Shown here in pieces: positions 18,586 through 35,293 of a stretch of 64,000 nt of DNA. Both the position numbers and the translations under genes were made by a program. A model generated the notes under the pieces. It was not told the DNA's origin and made no database searches. It saw nothing but the letters and a program-made list of their open reading frames with translations. Origin of the DNA: Spirochaetales bacterium (lineage in GTDB: Bacteria; Spirochaetota; Spirochaetia; JABEVK01); NCBI GenBank assembly GCA_037142615.1, contig JBAXAI010000004.1, positions 104,654-168,653 of the forward strand, in the 5' to 3' direction. The stretch's first letter is position 1. Every line of letters begins with the position of its first letter.

Positions 18586-21500
18586 ATGAATTTGACACGA
18601 CCGAAGAAGATTGAACGCGTGTACATCGGTAAAGAAGTCCAGGAGGTCATGGAACTCCCCGACCTCATCGACATCCAGCTCTCCTCGTACGAGCGCTTCC
18701 TGCAGCGCGAAAAACTCAAGAACAAAATCGCTATCACGCGAACCGGGCTGGAAGAAGTCTTTCAGGAGACGTTTCCCATTGTCAGCCAAAACGAAGAACT
18801 GACCCTCGAATACTCTCATTATACGCTGGACGAGAACGGCGTCAAATTTTCTGAAAACGAATGCAAGAAAAAGGGCCTCACCTACGCCATTCCCCTGAAG
18901 GCCCGCATCAATTTGTACTTTAACAGCACTGGCGAAATCCGTCAGAAAGACATCTACATGGGCGACATTCCCATCATGACCGACCGGGGCACCTTCATCG
19001 TCAACGGGGCCGAGCGCGTTGTGGTTTCCCAGATTCACCGGTCACCCGGCGTTGTGTTCAGCCACGAAAAGGGCATTTTCTCGAGCCGCATTATTCCCAA
19101 CAAAGGCAGTTGGCTCGAGTTTGAAATCGACCAGAAGAAAGAATTGGTTTACGCCAAGATCGACCGCAAGAAGCGCATCCTGGCGACCTTGCTCCTGCGT
19201 TCCCTGGGTCTACACACCCGTGACGAGATTCTTTCGTACTTCTACGAAACCAAGGTCGTCACCCTCGAGGCCTCCGAAGCCGCCAAAGAAAAGCTTTCGG
19301 GTACCATCCTCGCCAAGAGTGTTTGGGTGGAAGAAAACGGCACCAAGAAGAAGCTCTTTCGCGCCGGTGAGCGCCTGCACGCCCACGAGTTCGACGAACT
19401 CATCCACCAGGGTGTCAAGGAAATCACGCTCGTCGACGATTCCCGCGCCAAGGGCAAGGAAGAAGGGGCCAGCTACCTTTCGAGCCGCATCATCCTGAAC
19501 TGCTTTGAGCGCGAAGATGCCAAGTACGTGCGCGACCCCAGCGTCAGCGACGAACCTACCCGCGAAGATGCTCTGGCCGCCGTTTACTCCGTTCTGCTTC
19601 CCGGCGAGCCGGTGTCGGTCGAGAGCGCCGAAAAAGACCTTGCCATGATGTTTTTCAACCCTCGCCGCTACGACCTGGGCAAGGTGGGGCGCTACAAGCT
19701 GAACAAGAAGTTCGGCTACGAAGTGCCCATCGAAGAAACGGTTCTGACGCGTGACGACATCATCAACACCATGTTGCACCTGATCAAGGTGTATCATGAA
19801 GACGCCAACATCGACGACATCGACCATTTGGGCAACCGCCGCGTGCGTTCCGTCGGCGAGCTGCTGGGCAACGTCATGAAGACGGCCTTTAGCCGAATGG
19901 AGCGGATCGCCAAGGAACGCATGACGCTGAAAGAAATCGAGACCCTGAAACCCCAGGATCTCGTTTCGATCAAGCCCGTTGTCGCAGCGATCAAAGAGTT
20001 CTTCGGCTCCAGCCAATTGTCGCAGTTCATGGACCAGGTTAATCCGCTTGCCGAGTTGACCCATAAGCGCCGCCTCAACGCCCTCGGGCCGGGTGGCCTT
20101 TCCCGCGACCGCGCCGGCTTCGAAGTCCGCGACGTTCACTACACCCATTACGGCCGCATGTGCCCCATCGAAACTCCTGAAGGACCGAACATCGGCCTCA
20201 TCGTTTCGCTCGCGAGTTACACGCGGGTCAACGACTATGGGTTCCTTGAAACCCCCTACCGCAAGGTTGTGGGCGGCAAAGCGACCAACAAGGTCGAGTA
20301 CCTGTCGGCCATCGACGAAGAGAAGTTCTACATCGCTCAGGCCTCGGCCAAGCTGACCAAAGACGGCTCTTTCCTCGAAGACCAGGTTCCCTCCCGCAAG
20401 GCTGGTGACTACACCACCAAAGAAGCCGCTTCGTTGCAGTACATGGATGTGTCGCCCAAGCAGATCATCTCGGTCAGCTCGGCTCTCATCCCCTTCCTCG
20501 AGCACGATGACGCCAACCGCGCCCTGATGGGTTCGAACATGCAGCGCCAGGCCGTTCCCTTGCTCTTCCCGGATCCGCCGATTGTTGGCACCGGCATGGA
20601 AAAGAAGGCCGCCTACGATTCGGGTGTCTTGGTAAAGGCAAAACGTGGTGGAGAAGTCACTTACGTGTCGTCGACCCACATCTACATCAAACCGACCGAT
20701 GCCGCCGTGGCCGAAGAGCGCGACGAGTACGAACTGATCAAGTTTGCCCGTACCAACCAGGACACGTGTTTCAACCACCGTCCTGTTGTTCGCGTTGGCG
20801 ACAAGATCGAGAAGGGTGCGGTGCTGGCCGACGGTCCGGCCACCCTGCACGGAGAGCTGGCTCTGGGCCGCAACCTGCTTCTGGGCTTCGTGCCCTGGAA
20901 CGGCTACAACTATGAGGATGCCATCCTCATCAGTGAGCGCGTTGTCAAAGAAGACCTGTTCACTTCGATCCACATCAAGGAGTTCAGCACCGAGATCCGT
21001 GAAACGAAGCTCGGGCCGGAGCGCATCACCCGCGACGTCCCCAACTGCAGCGAAAAGGCCCTTGAGGACCTCGACGACGAAGGCATCGCCTGTGTTGGTT
21101 CCAAGGTGAAGGCTGGCTCGATCCTCGTTGGCAAGGTGACCCCGAAGTCGGAGACCGAAACCACGCCCGAGTTCAAGCTGCTCAACAGTATTTTCGGCGA
21201 GAAGGCCAAGGACGTCAAAGACAGTTCGCTGCGCCTTCCCCACGGTATCGAAGGCACCATTATCGACATTCAGCGCCTCAAGCGCTCCGAAGGTGACGAT
21301 TTGCCCCCCGGTGTCGACGAAGTGATCAAGGTTCTGGTCGCCAAGAAGCGCAAGCTCAAGGAAGGCGACAAAATGGCTGGCCGCCACGGCAACAAGGGCG
21401 TTGTCGCACGCATTCTCCCGGTCGAAGACATGCCCTACATGGAAGACGGTACGTCTCTCGACATCTGCCTCAACCCCTTGGGTGTTCCGTCCCGCATGAA

Positions 21501-22110
21501 CCTCGGCCAGATCCTCGAATCGGAGCTCGGCATCGCCGGCTACCTGCTGGGCGAGCACTATTCGACACCGGTGTTTCAATCCGCCAGCGCGGAAATGATC
21601 GAGGACAAGCTCGAAAGTGCTGGCTTCAGCCGAACCAGCAAGACCACTCTGATCGACGGCCGCACCGGAGTTGCCTTCGTGAACCCGGTCATGGTCGGCG
21701 TCATGTACGTGCTCAAGCTTCACCACTTGGTCGATGACAAGATGCACGCACGCTCCACGGGGCCTTACTCGCTGGTCACCCAGCAGCCCTTGGGCGGAAA
21801 GGCCCAGTTCGGCGGACAGCGCCTCGGGGAAATGGAAGTCTGGGCTCTCGAAGCCTACGGCGCCGCCAATACTCTTCAGGAACTGCTGACCATCAAGTCC
21901 GACGACATGACCGGGCGTGCCAAGATTTACGAAGCCATCGTGAAGGGTGAAGCCACCAGTACCGCCGGTATCCCCGAGTCGTTCAACGTGCTCGTTCAGG
22001 AACTACGCGGTTTGGGCCTCGACCTGACCATCTACGACAGCAAGGATCGCCAGATTCCCCTCACCGAGCGGGACGAAGAGCTGATCGCCAAGAACGGAAG
22101 CCATTTCTAA
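18586..22110 (+). CDS. rpoB: RNA polymerase beta subunit
   Basis: [44 protein letters not shown]; ATG 18586 after AGGAGG. Confidence 0.98.
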   Translation: MNLTRPKKIERVYIGKEVQEVMELPDLIDIQLSSYERFLQREKLKNKIAITRTGLEEVFQETFPIVSQNEELTLEYSHYTLDENGVKFSENECKKKGLTYAIPLKARINLYFNSTGEIRQKDIYMGDIPIMTDRGTFIVNGAERVVVSQIHRSPGVVFSHEKGIFSSRIIPNKGSWLEFEIDQKKELVYAKIDRKKRILATLLLRSLGLHTRDEILSYFYETKVVTLEASEAAKEKLSGTILAKSVWVEENGTKKKLFRAGERLHAHEFDELIHQGVKEITLVDDSRAKGKEEGASYLSSRIILNCFEREDAKYVRDPSVSDEPTREDALAAVYSVLLPGEPVSVESAEKDLAMMFFNPRRYDLGKVGRYKLNKKFGYEVPIEETVLTRDDIINTMLHLIKVYHEDANIDDIDHLGNRRVRSVGELLGNVMKTAFSRMERIAKERMTLKEIETLKPQDLVSIKPVVAAIKEFFGSSQLSQFMDQVNPLAELTHKRRLNALGPGGLSRDRAGFEVRDVHYTHYGRMCPIETPEGPNIGLIVSLASYTRVNDYGFLETPYRKVVGGKATNKVEYLSAIDEEKFYIAQASAKLTKDGSFLEDQVPSRKAGDYTTKEAASLQYMDVSPKQIISVSSALIPFLEHDDANRALMGSNMQRQAVPLLFPDPPIVGTGMEKKAAYDSGVLVKAKRGGEVTYVSSTHIYIKPTDAAVAEERDEYELIKFARTNQDTCFNHRPVVRVGDKIEKGAVLADGPATLHGELALGRNLLLGFVPWNGYNYEDAILISERVVKEDLFTSIHIKEFSTEIRETKLGPERITRDVPNCSEKALEDLDDEGIACVGSKVKAGSILVGKVTPKSETETTPEFKLLNSIFGEKAKDVKDSSLRLPHGIEGTIIDIQRLKRSEGDDLPPGVDEVIKVLVAKKRKLKEGDKMAGRHGNKGVVARILPVEDMPYMEDGTSLDICLNPLGVPSRMNLGQILESELGIAGYLLGEHYSTPVFQSASAEMIEDKLESAGFSRTSKTTLIDGRTGVAFVNPVMVGVMYVLKLHHLVDDKMHARSTGPYSLVTQQPLGGKAQFGGQRLGEMEVWALEAYGAANTLQELLTIKSDDMTGRAKIYEAIVKGEATSTAGIPESFNVLVQELRGLGLDLTIYDSKDRQIPLTERDEELIAKNGSHF

Positions 22111-22131
22111 GGCATACGGGAGCACAAACGA

Positions 22132-26406
<4,275 letters not shown>

Positions 26407-26546
26407 GTTTGAACGGGGTAGGGGGCTTGTTAGTGTTCCCTGCCCTGTGCTATTTTATTCTGCATTCTGAGTGGAATCCTGTCATGCTGACCTTCTGTTA
26501 GAAGGGACGGGAATCCGCTGGAACTGAACAGGGAGAGTTTTCTTTC

Positions 26547-26921
26547 ATGCCCACCATTAACCAGCTGGTCCGAAGTGGCCGCCAACAGGTCGTTTTCAAG
26601 ACGAAGTCGCCTGCGCTCCAGGCCAGTCCTCAGAAGCGCGGAGTTTGTACCCGCGTCATGACCATGACCCCCAAGAAGCCCAACTCGGCCCTCCGTAAGG
26701 TAGCCCGTGTTCGCCTGTCCAACGGCATCGAAGTCACGGCCTATATTCCCGGTATTGGTCATAACCTCCAGGAACACTCGGTGGTCATTATCCGTGGTGG
26801 TCGTGTGAAGGACCTTCCGGGTGTGCGCTACCACATTGTTCGTGGAGCCAAGGATGCTCTGGGCGTTGCCAAGAGAATGCAATCCCGTTCCAAGTACGGC
26901 GCCAAGCGCCCGAAGACCTGA
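26547..26921 (+). CDS. rpsL: 30S ribosomal protein S12
   Basis: [32 protein letters not shown]. Confidence 0.98.
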   Translation: MPTINQLVRSGRQQVVFKTKSPALQASPQKRGVCTRVMTMTPKKPNSALRKVARVRLSNGIEVTAYIPGIGHNLQEHSVVIIRGGRVKDLPGVRYHIVRGAKDALGVAKRMQSRSKYGAKRPKT

Positions 26922-26932
26922 GGAGTTGATCG

Positions 26933-27403
26933 ATGCCCCGCAAGAGTTATGACGCCAACCGGCCTTTGCAGCCGGATCCGATCCACCACTCCGTGGTCGT
27001 TGCCAAGTTTATCCGCCGCATGATGTACGATGGTCAGTTGATGACCTCCTCGAATATCGTGATGCGCGCCTTCGCTCTTCTGGCCGAGAAGTCGGGCAAA
27101 GAACCGCTCGAAGTGTTTCTCAAGGCCCTCGACAACGTGAAACCCGTTGTCGAAGTCAAGTCGCGGCGCGTAGGCGGATCGACCTACCAGGTGCCTATCG
27201 AAATTCGAGAGTCCAGGCGCGAAGCTCTGGCTCACCGCTGGATCATCAATGCCTCACGCACCCGCAGTGGCAAGTCCATGAGCGAGAAGTTGGCTGCCGA
27301 GCTGTTTGATGCTTTCAGCAACACGGGGTCAGCCTTCAAGAAGAAGGAAGATACCCACCGCATGGCCGAGGCCAACAAGGCGTTCAGCCACTACAAGTGG
27401 TAG
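26933..27403 (+). CDS. rpsG: 30S ribosomal protein S7
   Basis: KSRRVGGSTYQVP, HRMAEANKAF. Confidence 0.97.
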   Translation: MPRKSYDANRPLQPDPIHHSVVVAKFIRRMMYDGQLMTSSNIVMRAFALLAEKSGKEPLEVFLKALDNVKPVVEVKSRRVGGSTYQVPIEIRESRREALAHRWIINASRTRSGKSMSEKLAAELFDAFSNTGSAFKKKEDTHRMAEANKAFSHYKW

Positions 27404-27434
27404 TTGGATTTTGTCGAAATGAACGGTCGGCTTG

Positions 27435-27463
27435 TTGACAGGACCTTGGGGTTCTGCTAAGGT
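27435..27463 (+). promoter_or_regulatory. Sigma70 promoter TTGACA-17-TAAGGT (extended -10) for tuf-S10 transcript
   Basis: TTGACA 27435-27440; TG at 27455-27456; TAAGGT 27458-27463. Confidence 0.7.
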
Positions 27464-27469
27464 AGCCGA

Positions 27470-27788
27470 CAGTTCAATACCCCTTCGGGGCAAGTAATGC
27501 GGATTCGTCCGCGTTACCTCTGCCGGAAGGTAGCGTTCTTTTGGTAAGTTGCAGGAATCTTCGGGTTCCGTCGTCGCGGAAGCGGCGGTAGCAGTTCCAG
27601 TCAAACTACCAGGATCTCCTGGCAAGTGATGGTGTTGTGAACAACGGTTTTTTGACGGCCCGCCTGTCCGAAGCCACGCCTCTTGATGCTCTTTCCGGTG
27701 GAAAACTGCACTTCTGTACGAAGTGTTTCAAGTTGTAAACCATAAGGGTTACGTTGCTTATCCCCCGAGATAAGCCAAGGAGGAATTG
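27470..27788 (+). ncRNA. Long structured tuf leader (candidate cis-regulatory RNA or ncRNA)
   Basis: At least 10 hairpins, several capped by UUCG or GGAA tetraloops; no credible ORF. Confidence 0.5.
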
Positions 27789-28976
27789 ATGGCTAAGGAA
27801 AACTTCGTTCGATCGAAGCCCCACATCAATGTTGGAACCATCGGTCACGTCGACCATGGCAAAACCACCCTGACCGCTGCTTTGACCATGTACGGTGCGA
27901 AGAAGCATGGCGGCAAGGTAATGAAGTATGAGGATATCGACAACGCTCCCGAAGAAAAAGAGCGCGGTATCACGATCAACACCCGGCACGTTGAGTACGA
28001 ATCTTCGGCTCGGCACTATGCTCACGTTGACTGCCCCGGCCACGCCGACTACGTCAAAAACATGATCACCGGCGCGGCTCAGATGGATGGTGCTATTCTG
28101 TTGGTGGCTGCTGACTCCGGACCTGAGCCCCAAACTCGCGAGCACATCCTTCTGGCCAAGCAGGTCGGCGTCGCCAGCCTCGTGGTCTTCATGAACAAGA
28201 TGGACTTGGCTGACCCGGAACTCGTTGAGCTCGTCGAAATGGAAGTCCGCGATCTGTTGAACCTTTATGGTTATGATGGAGAGAAGACTCCTTTTGTTAA
28301 GGGTTCGGCGTTCGCTGCCATGAGCAAGCCCGAAGATCCGGAGTCTGTGAAGTGCCTTGATGAACTTCTCGACACGATGGACAAGTACTTCCCGATTCCT
28401 GAGCGTGCTCTCGACAAGCCTTTCTTGATGCCCATTGAAGACGTGTTCTCGATCTCTGGTCGCGGTACCGTCGTGACCGGGGCCATTTCGCAGGGCAAGG
28501 TCAAGGTCGGCGACACGATTGAAATTGTTGGCCTGAAGCCCACGCAGACCACGGTCTGTACTGGCGTCGAAATGTTCAATAAGAACTTGGACAATGGTCA
28601 GGCGGGCGACAACATTGGCGCACTGCTCCGAGGAATTGAAAAGAACCAGGTTGAACGTGGCCAGGTTCTCGCTGCTCCCAAGACCATTACTCCCCATACG
28701 AACTTCAAGGCGACGATCTACTGTCTGTCGAAAGAAGAAGGCGGACGTCACAATCCGTTCTTTACTGGCTATCGCCCTCAGTTCTACTTCCGGACGACGG
28801 ACGTCACTGGCACTGTAACCCTGCCCGCCGGCAAGGAAATGGTCATGCCTGGCGACAACACCGAACTTTCGGTGGAACTGATTCACCCCATTGCCATGGA
28901 CAAGGGCTTGCGCTTCGCTATCCGCGAAGGTGGCCGCACTGTCGCTTCTGGTCAGGTCATCGAAGTTATCAAGTAA
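27789..28976 (+). CDS. tuf: Elongation factor Tu
   Basis: [40 protein letters not shown]. Confidence 0.98.
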   Translation: MAKENFVRSKPHINVGTIGHVDHGKTTLTAALTMYGAKKHGGKVMKYEDIDNAPEEKERGITINTRHVEYESSARHYAHVDCPGHADYVKNMITGAAQMDGAILLVAADSGPEPQTREHILLAKQVGVASLVVFMNKMDLADPELVELVEMEVRDLLNLYGYDGEKTPFVKGSAFAAMSKPEDPESVKCLDELLDTMDKYFPIPERALDKPFLMPIEDVFSISGRGTVVTGAISQGKVKVGDTIEIVGLKPTQTTVCTGVEMFNKNLDNGQAGDNIGALLRGIEKNQVERGQVLAAPKTITPHTNFKATIYCLSKEEGGRHNPFFTGYRPQFYFRTTDVTGTVTLPAGKEMVMPGDNTELSVELIHPIAMDKGLRFAIREGGRTVASGQVIEVIK

Positions 28977-29036
28977 GATTTTTACGGCTTGGGGGCGTCT
29001 TTTCGGACGCCCTCTGTGCCCTTTTTGGAGTTAGGG

Positions 29037-29345
29037 ATGGCAAGTGAACGAATTCGAGTGAGATTGCGGGGCTTTGATGTGGAACTGGTGGATCAGAGCG
29101 CCAAGGCGATTGTGCAGACCGTGCACAAGGTTGGCACTAAGGTGTCCGGCCCAATTCCCTTGCCCACCAAGATCAATAAATTTACCGTTTTGAGATCGCC
29201 TCACGTCAACAAAAAGTCTCGGGAACAGTTTGAAATGAGAACCCACAAGCGGTTGATTGACATTCTCGAGCCTACTCCCGCTGTCATGGATGCTCTGATG
29301 AAATTGGAGCTTCCTGCCGGTGTGGATGTCGATATCAAGCAGTAA
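29037..29345 (+). CDS. rpsJ: 30S ribosomal protein S10
   Basis: [21 protein letters not shown]. Confidence 0.97.
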   Translation: MASERIRVRLRGFDVELVDQSAKAIVQTVHKVGTKVSGPIPLPTKINKFTVLRSPHVNKKSREQFEMRTHKRLIDILEPTPAVMDALMKLELPAGVDVDIKQ

Positions 29346-29359
29346 TTCGAGGTTAGAAC

Positions 29360-29980
29360 ATGATCGGGCTTATCGGCAAAAAGGTGGGGATGACTCAGGT
29401 TTTCGACGAGACAGGAAAACTGACACCCGTTACCGTGATTAAAGTAGAACCCAACGTTGTCATTGCTGAGCGAAACGAAGACAAGAACGGCTATAAGGCC
29501 GTTGTAGTAGGGTCGATCGTCGGAAAAGAAAAGGTGTTCAGCAAACCTGTCCGTGGTCAATTCCCCGAAGGTGTGGCTCCGCAGCGTGTTGTTGTGGAGT
29601 TCCGGGATTTTGAAAAAGAATGTAAAGTTGGCGATACGTTGGGTCTGGAGCTTCTTCAAGAGGCCAAGTATCTCGACGTAAGCGGCACGTCGAAGGGCAA
29701 AGGGTTCCAGGGCGTCATCAAGCGTTGGCATTTTGCTGGTGGCGAGGAAACTCACGGTTCCAAGTTCCATCGCGAACCTGGTTCAACCGGACAGTCTACG
29801 ACGCCTCGCAAGTCCTTTAAGGGAATCAAGATGCCAGGTCACATGGGTGCCGAGAAGGTGACCATCTTGAACCTGCGGATCGTCAAGGTTGACGCAGAGA
29901 ATCAGGTCGTTCTGGTTCATGGCGCCGTCCCTGGAGCACGCAATGGTTACGTGATTGTGCGTAAAGCGGTTAAGAGGTAA
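29360..29980 (+). CDS. rplC: 50S ribosomal protein L3
   Basis: [22 protein letters not shown]. Confidence 0.97.
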   Translation: MIGLIGKKVGMTQVFDETGKLTPVTVIKVEPNVVIAERNEDKNGYKAVVVGSIVGKEKVFSKPVRGQFPEGVAPQRVVVEFRDFEKECKVGDTLGLELLQEAKYLDVSGTSKGKGFQGVIKRWHFAGGEETHGSKFHREPGSTGQSTTPRKSFKGIKMPGHMGAEKVTILNLRIVKVDAENQVVLVHGAVPGARNGYVIVRKAVKR

Positions 29981-30625
29981 ATGGATATGGACAAGAAGGT
30001 ATATTCCGTTACCGGAAAAGAACTGCGGACCGTCAAACTGAACGATGAAGTCTTCGCGCACGAAATTAGCGAAGGTTCTATCTACAACGCGATTAAGAAT
30101 GAGTTGGCCAACCTCCGAGTGGGAACGGCATCGACGAAAACTCGTTCCGAAGTCAACGGAGCCAAGACTAAACCTTGGGCACAGAAAGGGACCGGGCGTG
30201 CTCGATCCGGCCGTCGTCAGAGTCCTGTTTGGGTTGGCGGCGGTATAGCGTTTGGACCGAGACCGCGTGACTACAGCTACGTGTTGCCCCGCAAGGTGAA
30301 GCAGTTGGCTCTCAAGTCGATTCTGAGCCTTAAGGCCGCCACCGAGGGTTTCAAGGTCATCGAGAACTTCACCGTGGCCACAGGAAAGACGAAAGATCTG
30401 TTGAAGATCCTTGTTGCGGTCTCTGCCAAAGCCGAGAAGACTGTTCTCATCCTCAAAGATGACGATGCCGACCTCAAGCGTGCGGCACGCAATATTCCTT
30501 GGTTGAGCTTCCTGACTTACAACCGTCTTCGGGCCCATGATTTGTTCTACACGAAGAACCTGATCATCATGGAAGAAGCAGTCAAGAATCTTGGTGAGTT
30601 CTATACGGCAAAGGATGAGGCCTGA
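29981..30625 (+). CDS. rplD: 50S ribosomal protein L4
   Basis: QKGTGRARSG, GGGIAFGPRPR. Confidence 0.96.
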   Translation: MDMDKKVYSVTGKELRTVKLNDEVFAHEISEGSIYNAIKNELANLRVGTASTKTRSEVNGAKTKPWAQKGTGRARSGRRQSPVWVGGGIAFGPRPRDYSYVLPRKVKQLALKSILSLKAATEGFKVIENFTVATGKTKDLLKILVAVSAKAEKTVLILKDDDADLKRAARNIPWLSFLTYNRLRAHDLFYTKNLIIMEEAVKNLGEFYTAKDEA

Positions 30626-30626
30626 G

Positions 30627-30932
30627 ATGGAAAACGAAGCGATTATCATCAAGCCGTTGTTGACGGAAAAAGCCAACGCAATGCGTGACGGAAAGAAACA
30701 CCGCTACGCTTTTCAGGTGGATCCGCGTGCAAACAAGCTGCAGATCCGGAACGCCGTCGAAAAGCTTTTCAAGGTTAAGACTACGGCCTGTTCCATTGTA
30801 AATGTTTCCGGCAAACAGAAGACCATGGGTCTTGCGGGCGGAAAGCGGGCCACCGGCTTTACTTCCAGTTGGAAGAAAGCTTATGTGACCCTGGTTGAAA
30901 ACCAGAAGATTGATCAGTTCGAAGGCGTTTGA
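30627..30932 (+). CDS. rplW: 50S ribosomal protein L23
   Basis: [25 protein letters not shown]. Confidence 0.95.
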   Translation: MENEAIIIKPLLTEKANAMRDGKKHRYAFQVDPRANKLQIRNAVEKLFKVKTTACSIVNVSGKQKTMGLAGGKRATGFTSSWKKAYVTLVENQKIDQFEGV

Positions 30933-30946
30933 CAGGGAGTTCAGTC

Positions 30947-31768
30947 ATGGGTATTAAAACTTTCAAACCTGTAACAGAGACCCTCCGGGGAACCGCACTT
31001 CTCACTTACGACCACATCACGACGTCGACGCCGGAAAAGTCGCTGACTACCGGTCGCACTAAGAATGCCGGTCGTTCACATGGCCGTATCAGCGTGCGTC
31101 GCATTGGTGGCGGTCACAAGCAGTTGCTGCGTCTTGTTGACTTCAAGCGGGCGAAGTACGGGGTGCCGGCTGTTGTCAAAGAGATTGAGTACGATCCGAA
31201 CCGAAGTGCCAACCTGGCCCTGCTGTTCTACAAAGACGGAGCCAAGGCCTACATCATTGCCCCGAAGGGTGTCAAAGTGGGCGACGTCTTGATGAGCGGG
31301 CCCACGGCTCCCATCAAGGACGGCAACGCGCTCCCGTTGGAAAATATTCCTGTTGGCCGCAGTGTTCATAACATTGAATTACAACTCGGTAAGGGCGCTC
31401 AGTTGGCCCGGTCGGCTGGAGTTTCTGCCCAGTTGGCTGGATTTGACAAGGACTACGCGATTGTGCGACTGCCGTCCGGTGAGACCAGAATGGTGTTCAA
31501 GAAGTGCATCGCTACCCTCGGTGAAGTGGGCAATGAAGACAAAATGAACGTAAAGCTTGGCAAGGCGGGACGTAACCGCTGGTTGGGCAAGCGTCCTTCG
31601 GTCCGCGGCGTAGCCATGAACCCTGTTGATCACCCCCTTGGTGGTGGTCAGGGCAAAACCTCCGGTGGTCGTCATCCAGTGACGCCTTGGGGACAGCCGA
31701 CCAAGGGTTACAAAACTCGCAAGAAGAATAAATTGTCGGACCGCTTTATCATCAAGCGGCGGAAGTAG
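30947..31768 (+). CDS. rplB: 50S ribosomal protein L2
   Basis: [23 protein letters not shown]. Confidence 0.97.
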   Translation: MGIKTFKPVTETLRGTALLTYDHITTSTPEKSLTTGRTKNAGRSHGRISVRRIGGGHKQLLRLVDFKRAKYGVPAVVKEIEYDPNRSANLALLFYKDGAKAYIIAPKGVKVGDVLMSGPTAPIKDGNALPLENIPVGRSVHNIELQLGKGAQLARSAGVSAQLAGFDKDYAIVRLPSGETRMVFKKCIATLGEVGNEDKMNVKLGKAGRNRWLGKRPSVRGVAMNPVDHPLGGGQGKTSGGRHPVTPWGQPTKGYKTRKKNKLSDRFIIKRRK

Positions 31769-31777
31769 GAGTACATC

Positions 31778-32059
31778 GTGTCCCGATCTGTTAAGAAAGG
31801 CCCTTTTATTGCCAAGCATCTCTACAAGAAAGTCGTGGATATGGTAAAGGCCAATGATCGCAAGATGATCAAGACCTACTCCCGCACTTCGACTATTATT
31901 CCGGAAATGGTAGGCATCACGGTTTCTGTCTATAACGGCAAGACCTGGATTCCCGTTTACATTTCGGAAGACTTGGTTGGTCACAAACTTGGTGAATTTT
32001 CGCCGACCCGTACGTTCCGCGGTCACGCGGGTTCCGACAAGAAGGCAGGGAAGAAATAA
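31778..32059 (+). CDS. rpsS: 30S ribosomal protein S19
   Basis: [19 protein letters not shown]. Confidence 0.97.
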   Translation: MSRSVKKGPFIAKHLYKKVVDMVKANDRKMIKTYSRTSTIIPEMVGITVSVYNGKTWIPVYISEDLVGHKLGEFSPTRTFRGHAGSDKKAGKK

Positions 32060-32416
32060 ATGGAAGCCAAGAAAGGTTTTACAGCTTTCGCCCGGGGTCT
32101 ACCCATGTCGGCGAAGAAGGTTCGGCCTATCGCCGATCACCTTCGTCGCAAGAAGGTTTCTGACGTGGTCGCTCTGCTTGAGGCGCTCCCCAATAAAGGC
32201 GCGTACTTTCTGAAGAAAGTGATTCAGTCTGCGGCGGCAAATGCCCAGTTCCAGAACAATCAGCTGGATCAGGACAACCTTATCGTGAGCAAACTGATGA
32301 TTGACGAAGGAATTAGCCGAACGACTGTTTGGGCCCGTGCTCGCGGTCGTGCTGACCGTCTGAAGAAGCGGAGTTGCCATATTACCGTTGAACTCGAAGA
32401 AAAGGGAGCGAAGTAA
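32060..32416 (+). CDS. rplV: 50S ribosomal protein L22
   Basis: SAAANA, ARARGRA, SCHITV; synteny. Confidence 0.95.
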   Translation: MEAKKGFTAFARGLPMSAKKVRPIADHLRRKKVSDVVALLEALPNKGAYFLKKVIQSAAANAQFQNNQLDQDNLIVSKLMIDEGISRTTVWARARGRADRLKKRSCHITVELEEKGAK

Positions 32417-32419
32417 GCC

Positions 32420-33118
32420 ATGGGTCAGAAAGTACACCCCTACGGGTTGCGGTTGGGAATCAACAAGACCTGGAAATCCCGCTGGTACGTGGATCCTCGT
32501 GACTACGCCAAGACTCTTCACGAGGATTTGAAGCTCCGTAAGGCGCTGTTTGATCTTCCGGAGACAAAAGGTGCGGACATTGCTGACCTGGAAATCATTC
32601 GCCAGCCCCAACGCGTGACGGTGATCATCAATACGGCGCGTCCCGGCGTCATTATTGGCGCCAAGGGTGCCACGATTGAAAAGATTGGCGAGCAGTTGCA
32701 GAAGCTGATCGACAAGAAAGTCGCGATCAAGATCAAGGAAATCAAGAAACCTGATACCGATGCTCAAATTGTCGCCCTGAATGTGGCTCGTCAGCTGAAG
32801 AACCGAGGTTCGTTCCGCAAGGCTCTCAAGCAGTCGATCACCAACGCGATGAAGAACGGTGCCCAGGGCATCAAGATCAAGATTTCCGGCCGCCTTGGCG
32901 GCGCGGAGATGGCCCGTACAATGGAGATGAAGGAAGGTCGCGTGCCACTTCAGACCTTGCGGGCCGATCTTGACTACGGATTTGCCGAAGCTTTTACCAC
33001 CTATGGCGCTATTGGTGTCAAGGTTTGGGTGTTCAATGGTGAGAAGTTCGAACGGAACACCAAGGAAGACGCCGGCGTCCTTGTCAAGAAGAGCATGGAA
33101 AAGAAGGAAGGGAACTAG
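32420..33118 (+). CDS. rpsC: 30S ribosomal protein S3
   Basis: [31 protein letters not shown]. Confidence 0.97.
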   Translation: MGQKVHPYGLRLGINKTWKSRWYVDPRDYAKTLHEDLKLRKALFDLPETKGADIADLEIIRQPQRVTVIINTARPGVIIGAKGATIEKIGEQLQKLIDKKVAIKIKEIKKPDTDAQIVALNVARQLKNRGSFRKALKQSITNAMKNGAQGIKIKISGRLGGAEMARTMEMKEGRVPLQTLRADLDYGFAEAFTTYGAIGVKVWVFNGEKFERNTKEDAGVLVKKSMEKKEGN

Positions 33119-33120
33119 TC

Positions 33121-33543
33121 ATGCTGGCACCCAAACGTCTGAAGTTTAGAAAGAAGCAGCGCGGACACTTTCGCGGCGTTGCCACTACCTGCAACACGAT
33201 TGCCTTCGGCGAGTTCGGCCTCGCGTCGTCCGATACACTATGGATTACCAACCGGCAGATTGAAGCCGCCCGTATCGCGATGACTCGCCACATCAAGCGC
33301 GGCGGCAAGGTCTGGATCCGGATCTTCCCCGACATGCCATATACGAAGAAGCCCGCTGAAGTGCGCATGGGTAAGGGTAAGGGCAACGTGGAAGGTTGGG
33401 TCGCTTTGGTTAAGCCAGGCACCATCATGTTCGAAATGGCGGGTGTGACTCCCGAGTTGGCCTCTGAGGCCATGGCCTTGGCCGCTGCCAAGTTGCCGAT
33501 TCATACGAAGTTCGTTGCTCGCCGCGAGTTGGGGGGATCATGA
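33121..33543 (+). CDS. rplP: 50S ribosomal protein L16
   Basis: [16 protein letters not shown]. Confidence 0.97.
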   Translation: MLAPKRLKFRKKQRGHFRGVATTCNTIAFGEFGLASSDTLWITNRQIEAARIAMTRHIKRGGKVWIRIFPDMPYTKKPAEVRMGKGKGNVEGWVALVKPGTIMFEMAGVTPELASEAMALAAAKLPIHTKFVARRELGGS

Positions 33544-33740
33544 AGAACCGTTTCAAAGAGATTTCCCGTGGGGAAGCCGTCGCAAAGGTGACTGAACTCA
33601 AGAAGTCATTCATGGAACTTCGCTTCAAGCTTGTCTTGGGGCATGTGGAAAACCCTCTCGAAAAGCGAAACATCCGGCGCCAGATTGCCCGGTTGAATAC
33701 GATCATTGCGGAATATGATCAGGGAATCAGGAAGGCTTGA
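33540..33740 (+). CDS. rpmC: 50S ribosomal protein L29
   Basis: [22 protein letters not shown]. Confidence 0.93.
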   Translation: MKNRFKEISRGEAVAKVTELKKSFMELRFKLVLGHVENPLEKRNIRRQIARLNTIIAEYDQGIRKA

Positions 33741-33742
33741 TT

Positions 33743-34009
33743 ATGGCGGAAGATACAAACAAGAGTGGAAAGAAAGTTTTTCAGGGACGGGTAGTCAGCG
33801 ATAAGATGGAAAAAACCATCACTGTCCTGATCGAGCGTCGTCAATTGCATCCGATCTATCAGAAGTATGTGACTTTGAGCAAGAAGTTTAAGGCACATGA
33901 CGAGAAGAACGAGGCCAAGACCGGCGACATGGTGAAGATCATTGAGTGCCGCCCTGTGAGCAAAGACAAAACCTGGAACCTGCTCGAAATCGTCGAGCGG
34001 GCCAAGTAA
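33743..34009 (+). CDS. rpsQ: 30S ribosomal protein S17
   Basis: [22 protein letters not shown]. Confidence 0.96.
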   Translation: MAEDTNKSGKKVFQGRVVSDKMEKTITVLIERRQLHPIYQKYVTLSKKFKAHDEKNEAKTGDMVKIIECRPVSKDKTWNLLEIVERAK

Positions 34010-34020
34010 GGCGGAACGAA

Positions 34021-34389
34021 ATGGTACAGCAAGAATCGTTTTTGAACGTCGCCGACAATACCGGGGCAAAACTGGTGCAGTGCATTCGCGTCTTGGGCGG
34101 GACAAGTCGGAAGTACGCTTCTGTCGGTGACCTGATTATTGTCGCCGTCAAGGAGTCCATTCCGACCGCCATTGTCAAGAAGGGTGAAGTTCAGACTGCC
34201 GTCGTGGTACGAGTTCACAAAGAATACCGCCGACCCGACGGAACCTATATTCGGTTTGACGACAATGCCTGCGTGATTATCGATGAGACCCATAACCCCA
34301 AGGGGAAGCGTATTTTCGGTCCTGTTGCTCGCGAACTTCGCGACAAGGACTTTATGAAGATCATTTCCTTGGCTCCGGAAGTGGTGTAA
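34021..34389 (+). CDS. rplN: 50S ribosomal protein L14
   Basis: [24 protein letters not shown]. Confidence 0.97.
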   Translation: MVQQESFLNVADNTGAKLVQCIRVLGGTSRKYASVGDLIIVAVKESIPTAIVKKGEVQTAVVVRVHKEYRRPDGTYIRFDDNACVIIDETHNPKGKRIFGPVARELRDKDFMKIISLAPEVV

Positions 34390-34398
34390 GAGGCAACT

Positions 34399-34707
34399 AT
34401 GAACACGAAACTGAAAAAGAATGATCTGGTGAAGATCCTCACCGGTAAGGATAAAGACAAGACGGGCCGTATTCTGGAACTTGACACTGTGAAGGGTCGG
34501 GTCCTGGTGGAAGGCTGCAACATGAAAAAGAAGACTGTGCGCCCCCGGAACCAACAAGAGAAGGGTGGCATCATCGAAGTTGAGGGTTTCCTTGCGATTT
34601 CGAACGTCATGGTCGTCGGCAAGAACGGCGAGGGTACTCGGCTTGGCTACAAGCTAGAGGGTGGCAAGAAAGTCCGGATTGCCAAATCGAACGGAGAGGC
34701 AATCTGA
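34399..34707 (+). CDS. rplX: 50S ribosomal protein L24
   Basis: [11 protein letters not shown] motif, ISNV. Confidence 0.95.
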   Translation: MNTKLKKNDLVKILTGKDKDKTGRILELDTVKGRVLVEGCNMKKKTVRPRNQQEKGGIIEVEGFLAISNVMVVGKNGEGTRLGYKLEGGKKVRIAKSNGEAI

Positions 34708-35291
34708 TGGCCAAAGAAGCTGTGAAGAAGGAAGAAGCGGGTGAAAAGTACGTTCCCCGATTGAAGAAGTTGTTCAACGAGAAGATCTCCAAGGAACTCA
34801 TGGTCGAGTTCGGCTATAGCTCGGTGATGCAGATTCCACGTGTCGACAAAGTCGTTGTCTCAATGGGCATGGGCGAAGCCTTGGTGAACAAGAAGCTTCT
34901 CGACGCGGCCATCAAGGAACTTGGTCAGATTACCGGTCAAAAAACGGTGAAGACCAAGGCCCGGCTTTCCGTGGCCAACTTCAAGGTTCGCGAAGGCCAG
35001 GAGATCGGTGCCAAGGTCACGTTGCGCGGTGTTCGGATGTATGAGTTTCTCGATAGATTGATGAACATCGCGCTTCCCCGTGTTAAGGACTTCCGTGGCG
35101 TGAACCCAAATGCCTTTGACGGTCATGGAAACTATTCGCTTGGTATCACCGAGCAGATCATTTTCCCCGAGATCGACTACGACAAAATCGAAAAGATCAG
35201 CGGGATGAACGTGGCCATCGTGACGACGGCTCCCAACGACCAGGAAGCACGCAGTCTGCTCAAGCGGATTGGTATGCCCTTCAAGAGGTAA
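34707..35291 (+). CDS. rplE: 50S ribosomal protein L5
   Basis: [23 protein letters not shown]. Confidence 0.97.
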   Translation: MAKEAVKKEEAGEKYVPRLKKLFNEKISKELMVEFGYSSVMQIPRVDKVVVSMGMGEALVNKKLLDAAIKELGQITGQKTVKTKARLSVANFKVREGQEIGAKVTLRGVRMYEFLDRLMNIALPRVKDFRGVNPNAFDGHGNYSLGITEQIIFPEIDYDKIEKISGMNVAIVTTAPNDQEARSLLKRIGMPFKR

Positions 35292-35293
35292 TT

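Noticed and set aside
28991-29026. Hairpin GGGCGTC/GACGCCC between tuf and rpsJ as a terminator
   Set aside because: The U-tract is separated from the stem by about 10 nt, so terminator versus stability hairpin cannot be called
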